27,712 bases of DNA from Synechococcus sp. (GTDB lineage Bacteria; Cyanobacteriota; Cyanobacteriia; Thermostichales; PCC-7336). The translations under genes and the position numbers were made by a program. The stretch covers positions 1 to 27,712 of the forward strand of contig JBFRWD010000105.1 in NCBI GenBank assembly GCA_051439425.1. Reading direction: 5' to 3'. This document shows, one piece after another, positions 10,350-18,098 of this stretch (within the stretch, counting starts at the first letter, position 1; every line of letters begins with the position of its first letter). The notes below the pieces were generated by a model. It did no database searches and was not told where the DNA came from. It worked only from the letters and a program-made list of their open reading frames with translations.

Positions 10350-10805
10350 TTACGAGAATTGGATTGCGTCATTCACAGCGATGGCTCCTCCTCGCAAGAT
10401 TTTTGCCCGCAGCCCAGCCTTAGTTTTCATCTGCAGCATCACATCTCGGCCTATCAATTTGGCTAGATAACCACACGGCTCGCACAGGCGCATCCCGCGC
10501 AGAACGACATCACCGATTGAAAAGTCTCGACCCACTTGGCGATTGAGTCGCACTCCTGCAGTCACTAGATTTCTACGAAATTTTGCGGATTCATAATCCA
10601 ACCCAGTGATTTGGTTAAAGGCATGAATCTCTTCCCATTCAATGAGCGTTACCTCTGTGTCGGATGACTTGGAGAATGTCCCCTGAGAGATGTGGTAGCG
10701 ATCGCCGACAATTCCTTTACCGATCTCCAATTCTGCCGATGATACCGACTCGAGATCGCTTCCAGCCTCTGCTGCAATTAGAATGGCTTCCAAACGTGCG
10801 TTCAT
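10350..10805 (-). CDS. MOSC domain protein
   Basis: GIVGDRY, VTLIE, FRRNLVTAG, RLCEPC, GLRAKILRGGAIAVND. Start ATG 10805 chosen; the ORF extends to 10838. Confidence 0.9.
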   Translation of the reverse strand: MNARLEAILIAAEAGSDLESVSSAELEIGKGIVGDRYHISQGTFSKSSDTEVTLIEWEEIHAFNQITGLDYESAKFRRNLVTAGVRLNRQVGRDFSIGDVVLRGMRLCEPCGYLAKLIGRDVMLQMKTKAGLRAKILRGGAIAVNDAIQFS

Positions 10806-10844
10806 ACCAATTCGGTTCCGCAAGCGTGATGTCTGCACCAGAGT

Positions 10845-10898
10845 TATAGCAATCCCAACCCGAATGAGCCCGCCTCCTCCCAGCCTGGTTGGCAGCTA
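10845..10898. repeat. Degenerate member of the TATAGCAATCC small-element family
   Basis: tatagcaatcccaacc at 10845-10860, with a weak inverted partner ggttggcagcta at 10887-10898. Confidence 0.45.
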
Positions 10899-10931
10899 AG
10901 CCACTTGAAGCCGCGTGTCACGAAACGGTAC

Positions 10932-12071
10932 CTAATCTGACCGATCGCTCGCCAGACGACAATCGCTTGCTTGTTGCGCCTCAATTGCCCCCAGGATCTC
11001 ATCTCTTTGCTGCTCGATGCTGCGAGTCAGCGCGAACTGCACCCGTGCCCGCTGTAGCGCTTGCTCGGGTGCGCTGACTTTGAAGTAGACATTTCCGTTT
11101 AGGTAATCTGTCAAATACCTCAAGCCCAATTCCAGAGGAATGAGATGGATGGCCGCATATAGGTAGTCGTAATCGCGATCGCTCAAAAACTGGCGCGCCA
11201 CCGAACAGTATCCGTGCAAAATTGCCCGAAAATTCTGCAGGTCAAAGCGTACACTGTCGAGAGCGTTTGCATTCGATCCCGCTGGATTGCATCCCGATCG
11301 CATACAGTCCCCAATGTCGTACTGAATGAGCCCCGGTTTCACCGTATCGAGATCGATGATGCTGATGGCGAGATGGCTGTGGCGATCGAACAGAATGTTA
11401 TTGACTTTGGGATCCCCGTGAATCGGTCTCAGAGCCAAAACTCCGGCAGCTTTTGCCGCTTCCAACACTCCCATCGACTCGCGACGATCCTCCACAAATT
11501 TCAGGCAATCTGCGCACTTGTCTTGGTCCTGGGGGGACAACCCCTGCGCGAGCCGTTCATCATAGTGCTGGAGATAACCAGGGGTGATGTGGAAACCGGG
11601 TAGGGTGTCGGTGAGGCGATCGCAGGGCAAATCACTCACGAGCGTGTGAAAGAGCCCGAGAGCAAAGCCGACCTCTCGGGCTTGGGCAACGGTTTGAATG
11701 GTATCCACTGACATCGAATGTTCGATGAAGCCGATCGCTCGCCACAAATTGCCCGTGTCATCGTAGACAAACGGTCGATCGTCATCGGCAGCAGGCAGAA
11801 CGACAGGGATGTCCCAACGGCGTTCGGATGACAGCCTCAGGTGTGGGAGCCGTTCGGTGGCGTGCCGCACGAATACCGCGAGGTTACGCATGACGGCTTC
11901 CGGTTGGGGAAATACGTTAGCGTTAATGCGCTGCAGCACGAAGCTTGAGTGAGGGGCAGCGAGGCGAACCAGATACGTATCGTTGATGCGACCGTTGCCG
12001 AGAGGACTGAGGCCGGCGATCGCGCTGGACACGCAAAATCGGCTGGCAATATCGTGCAGGTGCGAGTCCAT
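10932..12071 (-). CDS. APH/choline-kinase-fold phosphotransferase, N-acetylhexosamine 1-kinase (NahK)-like
   Basis: GNGRINDTY, LQRIN, PGFHIT, HGDPKVNNILF, IDLDTVKPG, DIGDCMRS, LRYLTDYLNGNVYFK. Confidence 0.85.
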   Translation of the reverse strand: MDSHLHDIASRFCVSSAIAGLSPLGNGRINDTYLVRLAAPHSSFVLQRINANVFPQPEAVMRNLAVFVRHATERLPHLRLSSERRWDIPVVLPAADDDRPFVYDDTGNLWRAIGFIEHSMSVDTIQTVAQAREVGFALGLFHTLVSDLPCDRLTDTLPGFHITPGYLQHYDERLAQGLSPQDQDKCADCLKFVEDRRESMGVLEAAKAAGVLALRPIHGDPKVNNILFDRHSHLAISIIDLDTVKPGLIQYDIGDCMRSGCNPAGSNANALDSVRFDLQNFRAILHGYCSVARQFLSDRDYDYLYAAIHLIPLELGLRYLTDYLNGNVYFKVSAPEQALQRARVQFALTRSIEQQRDEILGAIEAQQASDCRLASDRSD

Positions 12072-12087
12072 ATGGGTCGGGTGTGTA

Positions 12088-12162
12088 CTTGCTCTAGTGA
12101 ATTCTTGCTCTAGCGAGGTCTAGAGCGGGCAATTAGGTTGAACGGACGGTAAACGGACGGTA
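12088..12162. repeat. Two short direct repeats in the divergent promoter region
   Basis: cttgctctag at 12088 and 12104; aacggacggta twice at 12141-12162. Confidence 0.7.
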
Positions 12163-12311
12163 ATAGGGTGAATCAAAATCCCTGCAGATAGATTCAGAGG
12201 ATTTCTGCCATGAAGGATAATTGGTACTCGGGCCGAATCCGATATTCCTGCTCGAAATCTTTAGGAGGACAGGGAGATGACAGGGCTGACAATTGAAAGG
12301 ATTTCAACGGT

Positions 12312-13883
12312 ATGACGGTGGGTCAGCGGGGAGCGATCGCGGCCGGACATCCGCAAACGGTTGACGCGGGACTAGAAATGTTTCGGCTAGGAGGAAATGC
12401 CTTTGATGCGGCGATCGCGGCCATGTTCGCCTCTTGGGTAACCGAACCCGCACTAACATCTCCCGGCGGCGGCGGTTTTTGTCTGGCTCATACCCAGTCT
12501 GGAGACAACATCCTATTCGACTTTTTCACCCAGACTCCCCAGGTCAAGCGTCCGCCAACAGAATCTGATTTTTATCCGGTCATCGTCGATTTTGGCGGTG
12601 TACAGCAAGAATTTCATGTGGGATTGGGGGCGATCGCTACCCCCGGCAGCTTGGATGGAGCCTTATACGTCCACCAGCGATTGGGACGCTTGCCATTGGC
12701 CGAGGTTGCTGCCCCAGCGATCGAGTTCGCCCGACGGGGAGTCGTCATCAGCCCATTTCAACACTACGTCTTGGAATTACTGGAGCCCATCCTGACCGCA
12801 TCTGCTCAGATGCAGCCGGTGTACGCCCCCCAAGGACAGTTGCTGAAGGTGGGGGATACCTGCGTAATGCGAGACTTTGCCAATGCCCTTGAGTTTGTGG
12901 TGCAGGAGGGAGCAATCGCCTTTCGGGAAGGGGATATCGCCAAACTTGTTGTTAATGATTGCCGGGCTCGTGGCGGTCATCTAACACTGGACGACTTGAG
13001 ACACTATCGAACCATCGAACGGCAGCCATTAGCAGTCAATTATCGCGGGCGAACGTTGTTGAGCAATCCTCCCCCCAGCTTTGGCGGCACCTTGATTGCG
13101 TTCTGTCTCAAGCTGCTGGAACGCGTGGATTTGCGATCGCTATCGTTTGGTTCGCAGCCCCATCTGGAGGTGTTAGCAACAGCGATGCGGCAGACGGATC
13201 TGGCTCGGGGCAATCGCCTCAACAGCCAGATTCAGCAAGCGGGAATTGCCAAAGAATTTCTCGCTTCAGAGCTCTTGGATGTCTATGCAGCCGGCATGGC
13301 AAATCCTGCCAGCAAGCTGGGTAGCACTACACATATCAGCGCGATCGACTGCGACGGGAATGCCGCCAGTATCACCGCATCCAACGGCGAAGGGTCTGGC
13401 TATGCCATCCCAGGTACCGGCATCATGCTCAACAACATGCTGGGGGAAGACGATCTCAATCCCGATGGATTTCATCGTTGGACAGAAGATGTGCGTATGT
13501 CGTCCATGATGGCTCCGTCCATGGTGTTGGCTGGGGAAGTGCTCAATCGCGCTAAACCAGAGACAGTCTTGGGCTCGGGAGGGTCGAAACGAATTCGGAC
13601 GGCGATCGCTCAGGTCATTTCAAATTTGGTGGATTTTGACATGTCGGCGGAACAGGCGGTGAACAGTCCGCGATTGCACTGGGATGAAGGCAAGTTGAAT
13701 GCGGAGCCTGGATTCAAAGGGTTCGACCCGGAGCGATTGGCAGACTTGCTGGGCGATCGGATTGTGCCGTGGCACAAACAGAATATGTTTTTTGGTGGCG
13801 TTCACACGGTGGTTCGCAGCAGTGACGGGCAGTTCTTCGGAGCGGGCGATGGGCGTCGCGATGGTTGCGCGAGTTGGATTTGA
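12312..13883 (+). CDS. ggt: Gamma-glutamyltransferase family protein (no signal peptide)
   Basis: GGNAFDAAIA, GGGGF, NPPPSFGG, STTHISAID (Thr nucleophile), GIMLNNML, SSMMAP, GSGGSKRI, PRLH, GDGRR. Confidence 0.9.
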   Translation: MTVGQRGAIAAGHPQTVDAGLEMFRLGGNAFDAAIAAMFASWVTEPALTSPGGGGFCLAHTQSGDNILFDFFTQTPQVKRPPTESDFYPVIVDFGGVQQEFHVGLGAIATPGSLDGALYVHQRLGRLPLAEVAAPAIEFARRGVVISPFQHYVLELLEPILTASAQMQPVYAPQGQLLKVGDTCVMRDFANALEFVVQEGAIAFREGDIAKLVVNDCRARGGHLTLDDLRHYRTIERQPLAVNYRGRTLLSNPPPSFGGTLIAFCLKLLERVDLRSLSFGSQPHLEVLATAMRQTDLARGNRLNSQIQQAGIAKEFLASELLDVYAAGMANPASKLGSTTHISAIDCDGNAASITASNGEGSGYAIPGTGIMLNNMLGEDDLNPDGFHRWTEDVRMSSMMAPSMVLAGEVLNRAKPETVLGSGGSKRIRTAIAQVISNLVDFDMSAEQAVNSPRLHWDEGKLNAEPGFKGFDPERLADLLGDRIVPWHKQNMFFGGVHTVVRSSDGQFFGAGDGRRDGCASWI

Positions 13884-13902
13884 GCGCATCTCGCCACAAA
13901 CC

Positions 13903-13997
13903 TATAGCAATCCGCTGTAAGGTCTGGAGAGTGGAGATGCTTCAAAGCCTTGATTTACAAGCAAAAATGCCCGAAAACCCCTCCATAGGGGATTGCC
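13903..13997 (+). repeat. About 95-bp MITE-like dispersed repeat, copy 1
   Basis: 48/60 identical to 16361-16420 (first 27 nt 26/27). Ends in ctccataggggattgcc, an imperfect inverted repeat of its own 5' end. Confidence 0.85.
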
Positions 13998-14092
13998 GAA
14001 TGCCATAGCAGCAAAAATCCAGCAAGTTCTCGGTTTCGATACCTCAATCATCTATTGGAAGCTATCGCTACAAGATTCTGTGTTAGCGATCG

Positions 14093-16378
14093 GTGATTCA
14101 AACCTATTGGATAGCGTTGGCCTGGTTATTGGGGCTGATACTGCATTCTGTGCCGTGGGGGTGTTTGCTTCCCCCAGTGTTTGCTGCCGGTATGGCGCTC
14201 CAGAATCGGTACAACATTCGCCTGGTACGAACAGTCTTAGTCGCTGGCTGCATTGGCATCCTTGCCTGGGGCTATGCCAATGTTCGATCCTCGATCGCTC
14301 CCGCTCGCGACATCAGTATTCACGCCCCACAAGCGAACGTCACAGTTGTCGCCAAGGTAGAGTCGTTGCCACGAAGAACGGGGACGAACCGGCACCATAT
14401 CTGGGTATCGTCACAAGCATATGGGGCGGAGGGGGCCAGTCTAACCGAGACCTCCGGCAAGCTGTACGTCACCTACGATTTAGGCTCTAACGATTCAAAT
14501 ATTGCGCCGCCAATGGGCGATCGCATTCCCGAGTTCTTCCCCGGACAGGTCATAGAACTGCACGGATATCTATACGAACCCAGCGGTGCAGATAATCCAG
14601 GAGGACTGGATTTCCGTGACTATCTCGCTCGTAAGGGGGCGTTTGCAGGACTGAGCGCAACTGACATCGAAATGCTCGACCCCGCGATTCGGTGGGGGGG
14701 ATGGACATTGCGCCACAGAATTGTCTCAGCCTTTCGACACGGGTTAGGCGATCGCCGGGGGCAGTTGCTGGGGAGCATGGTGTTGGGCTCCTCTGCCAGT
14801 CAACTTCCCCGCGATTTAGCCGCAGACTTTCGTACTGTAGGACTCGCTCACGTTACAGCAGCATCAGGATTTCACGTCGCGCTTCTGTTGGGCATCGTGT
14901 TGTGGGGGACGGCGAGGTTGGGAAATCGCCAGCGACAGTGGATAGCGATTTCGATACTGACTGTATATCTGGTACTGACCGGAGGGAGTCCCTCGGCGAT
15001 GCGGGCCACGCTCATGGGGAGTGCCGTTGTATTTGGACGCAGCATCAGGATGCAGGGACGAACAATTCAGCCCCTCGGCTTGCTGCTGGCGACAGCGGTA
15101 GCACTCACCATCCTTCAACCTCTGTGGATTGATAATGCCGGTTTTTTGCTCAGCTTTGCGGCCACATTTGGCCTTATGGTCAGCACTGCACCGTTGCAAA
15201 AGCGACTGGATTTCGTGCCCTCTAACCTTGCCGCGGCAATCGCCACTCCACTCGCCGCCCTGCTGTGGACATTGCCCCTACAACTAGCCCTATTCGGAAA
15301 ACTCTCTCCTTACTTCCTCATCGCATCGCTGATCACCGCACCTCTGGTCACCCTATCGATAGGTGCAGGTTTAGTTGTTGCTGCAATTAGCCTCCTCCTT
15401 CCTCCCTTCGGCGGAGTGCTAGCTTGGCCATTGCGATTTATTCTTGATCCCCTGATCGGCTTTGTCAGTTGGATTGCCACCTGGCCGGGCGCGACAGTCT
15501 ACACGGGAACGGCATCAATCTTGCAGTGCTTGACACTGTATGGAATGTTGATGGCACTAACATTTAGCGATCGCTTCATCCCTATATATCGAGTCCCCAC
15601 AGTGCGCCTCCCTGACTGGCAACGGCTATCGCTGGGCGTAACCGGAGCAGTTCTGGTGCTCGTCATCATTCCGGCACTGTGGCCCCAACCCACGCTCCAG
15701 ATCGTCACCCTCGCCACCTCCAATGCCCCCACAATAGTCATCCGATCTGGCGGCCAGACTGCACTCATTAACAGTGGCTCGACCGCAACCGTAGAGTTGA
15801 CCGTCTTGCCTTATTTGCGTAGCGAAGGGATTCGGAGCATAGACCGGGCGATCGCCTTGGCACCGGGGAGATCGAATGGTGGCTGGGAAACATTAGCTGG
15901 CTCCATCCCGATTGGAGAATTGTGGACGAGCGACCGATTTGCGATCGGCGATGCCACCGGGATGCAGTTGAGTTCCGTGCAAGAAACGGGCACCGAGATG
16001 CGTCAATTGAAGTCTGGGGACGGCATCACAATTGGCACGACCCGATTGCAACCAGTGGCAGAAACGGCACTCTCGTTCACTATTGCAGAAGGAACCGGGC
16101 TGATTCTGGGTTCGCCATTGCCCAATCTGCAGCAGTTACGAGATCGCCATCCAGAGCTGTCTACCGTTAAGTGGCTGTGGTGGGACGGAACAGAGCTACC
16201 GCCAGAGGTCACCCGTTGGCTGCAGCCAGAGGTGGCAATTGCGGGGGGCGACAGACGGCAACTGGATAGTCACGCAGTTCCGCTTCAAGTTACAGACGAG
16301 CTGATTCGGACCGAGGCAGCGGGAGCTACAACTTGGACACCCAGAAACCTATCCACCATGTATGGCAATCCGCTGTAA
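14093..16378 (+). CDS. comEC: ComEC/Rec2 DNA uptake channel
   Basis: DNPGGLDFRDYL, FRTVGLAHVTAASGFHV, GGSPSAMRATLM, GFLLSFAATFGL. Many TM segments and a degenerate C-terminal MBL-like domain. Confidence 0.93.
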   Translation: MIQTYWIALAWLLGLILHSVPWGCLLPPVFAAGMALQNRYNIRLVRTVLVAGCIGILAWGYANVRSSIAPARDISIHAPQANVTVVAKVESLPRRTGTNRHHIWVSSQAYGAEGASLTETSGKLYVTYDLGSNDSNIAPPMGDRIPEFFPGQVIELHGYLYEPSGADNPGGLDFRDYLARKGAFAGLSATDIEMLDPAIRWGGWTLRHRIVSAFRHGLGDRRGQLLGSMVLGSSASQLPRDLAADFRTVGLAHVTAASGFHVALLLGIVLWGTARLGNRQRQWIAISILTVYLVLTGGSPSAMRATLMGSAVVFGRSIRMQGRTIQPLGLLLATAVALTILQPLWIDNAGFLLSFAATFGLMVSTAPLQKRLDFVPSNLAAAIATPLAALLWTLPLQLALFGKLSPYFLIASLITAPLVTLSIGAGLVVAAISLLLPPFGGVLAWPLRFILDPLIGFVSWIATWPGATVYTGTASILQCLTLYGMLMALTFSDRFIPIYRVPTVRLPDWQRLSLGVTGAVLVLVIIPALWPQPTLQIVTLATSNAPTIVIRSGGQTALINSGSTATVELTVLPYLRSEGIRSIDRAIALAPGRSNGGWETLAGSIPIGELWTSDRFAIGDATGMQLSSVQETGTEMRQLKSGDGITIGTTRLQPVAETALSFTIAEGTGLILGSPLPNLQQLRDRHPELSTVKWLWWDGTELPPEVTRWLQPEVAIAGGDRRQLDSHAVPLQVTDELIRTEAAGATTWTPRNLSTMYGNPL

Positions 16379-16457
16379 GGTCTGGAGTGCGGAAACCGCT
16401 CAAAGCTTTGATTGGCAAGGGAAAGCGATCGGGGACACTCTCCATAGCTGATGGCTA
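16361..16457 (+). repeat. About 95-bp MITE-like dispersed repeat, copy 2 (overlaps the comEC 3' end)
   Basis: tatggcaatccgctgtaaggtctggag...tccatagctgatggcta. Same orientation as the copy at 13903. Confidence 0.85.
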
Positions 16458-16552
16458 AAAGCGATACGGACTGAGAGACTAACCTGGCATCGCTCGCACA
16501 CGATCTCGAGCCCAAACCCTCACTCTGCCGAGAATCGAACTCGCATGTGCCT

Positions 16553-17146
16553 TCACGCCTGCCATAATTCCGAGACTGAATATCCAAGCTGACCGAGCAT
16601 ATCTCGAACTAACGGCAAGCTAATGCCAATCACATTGCTATGGCAGCCATCAATCCGTTCGATAAACAGACCGCCAAACCCATCCAACGCAAAGCTTCCG
16701 GCACAGGCTAACGGCTCGCCGGTTGCAATATAGCGACGAATATCCGCCAGCGACATCGGCGCAAAATAGACCTTTGTAATACCCACGCAACTGACCTGCC
16801 TCTCCTGCTTCGTGTCAATCGCCGCATGCCCCGTATACAAAATCCCCATATTGCCCTGCATCTTTTGCAGCCGCTCTAAAGAATCCGCAGCATCTCTCGG
16901 CTTGCCGTAAATCTCCCCATCCATGACAAATAGCGAATCGGCCCCCAACACCACCACCGGCTCCGGATGCTTTGCCGCCACCACCTCAGCTTTTTTCAGC
17001 GCCAATGTTTCCACCAACTGCTGCGGGTCACTGCAACGAATAGAGTCTTCATCAAAGGAACTGGGCTCCACCAAAAACCGCAAGCCCGCAGCATCTAGCA
17101 GCTTGCGACGGGCAGGAGACTGGGACGCCAGAATAAGCGATGGCAC
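16553..17146 (-). CDS. maf: Maf family nucleoside triphosphate pyrophosphatase
   Basis: LILASQSPARRKLL, FDE, KAEVV, GADS, GKP, YIATGEPLACAGSF, GCHSNVIG. Confidence 0.95.
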   Translation of the reverse strand: MPSLILASQSPARRKLLDAAGLRFLVEPSSFDEDSIRCSDPQQLVETLALKKAEVVAAKHPEPVVVLGADSLFVMDGEIYGKPRDAADSLERLQKMQGNMGILYTGHAAIDTKQERQVSCVGITKVYFAPMSLADIRRYIATGEPLACAGSFALDGFGGLFIERIDGCHSNVIGISLPLVRDMLGQLGYSVSELWQA

Positions 17147-17235
17147 GATATCAGACTCGAACGCGATCGCCCCGATTTTACGAATAGATCTGTCCTCTGA
17201 CTAGCACCTAAACGCAGCAGCTCCAATGCTCCCCA

Positions 17236-17290
17236 GTTCAAAACAACCCGTTCAAAACAACCCGTTCAAAATAACCCGCTCAAAGCAACC
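17236..17290. repeat. 14-bp tandem repeat x4
   Basis: gttcaaaacaaccc twice, gttcaaaataaccc, gctcaaagcaacc. Confidence 0.9.
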
Positions 17291-17347
17291 GAATTCGAGC
17301 CATCGAATCAGATAGGCCTGTCAATAAGCCCCACTGACTCACCCCTT

Positions 17348-17413
17348 ATTGCAAACTATTGCCATTTGTAGGGAAGACTGCTACTTTTAGGTGAAATAAA
17401 AATCATTCGCATT
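17348..17413 (+). promoter_or_regulatory. Putative Fur-repressed promoter (two 9-1-9 boxes around an extended -10)
   Basis: attgcaaac-t-attgccatt (17348-17366), TGcTACTTT (17379-17387) and aataaaaat-c-attcgcatt (17395-17413; 14/18 to AATGATAAT-N-ATTATCATT). Confidence 0.55.
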
Positions 17414-17558
17414 AAGCCATCAACAGCCACTAGCAGTTATGTGAATGAGTTCGAATGTAGTTGGGGTTTTCAATGCCTCTTCTGCCCACGTATAGATACC
17501 TGACTATCGTCACTCAGCATTCACTGCTGGCTTATCTTGCACCAAAGAGTTATTGCCA

Positions 17559-17873
17559 ATGATTACCACTGCTTCTGCGGTTCGCCAGTTCCCAGACAAT
17601 TTGGCTTTGTTATTTTCACCAAGGACGAAATCTGTGGCAGCTACGCTTCCCGTTCAACGCCAAGAGAAGGGCGGAGGTTGGATTGACTACTACGTTGGTG
17701 ATGTGATGAGTCGGCCAGACAGCGATCGCCGCAGCATCCTCTTACCCGGCCACAAGCTGGCGTTTCATTACTTGTCCCTGCACCGCACGCTGATCCAGCG
17801 AATGGGTAAACCTAGCGGCCTGTCCGACGATCTATGGCAAAGTATTTGCGAAATGATTCGCCGCCGTCAATAA
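17559..17873 (+). CDS. Hypothetical 104-aa protein
   Basis: ATG 17559 with upstream aaagag. Globular-looking composition, and the only ORF listed in the track between 17205 and 17958. No family recognised. Confidence 0.6.
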   Translation: MITTASAVRQFPDNLALLFSPRTKSVAATLPVQRQEKGGGWIDYYVGDVMSRPDSDRRSILLPGHKLAFHYLSLHRTLIQRMGKPSGLSDDLWQSICEMIRRRQ

Positions 17874-18098
17874 ACACGTTGCAACCCCCTTTCGTTACGC
17901 CCACCTTAGCGAGTTCTGCTAGGGGATAGCGGCTCTAGATTCGTCGGTTGTTATAACAGTGGCCATACCACTGCGGACATTTCAGCTATGTTCAACTCTG
18001 ACTGCGATCGGAACCTTTGTCCTCATTGAGATGGCGAATGCCATATTTATCTCCGATGTGCTGCTATGGAGGTGTTGCCCGTTGGAGCCTAATGCTCC

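Noticed and set aside
13903..16457. Repeat pair as CRISPR repeats or integron attC sites
   Set aside because: Only two long copies 2.4 kb apart. No spacer periodicity, no convincing RYYYAAC/GTTRRRY ends and no integrase in the window.
17236..17290. Possible mini CRISPR array
   Set aside because: The 14-bp units are contiguous with no spacers, and there are no cas genes in the window.
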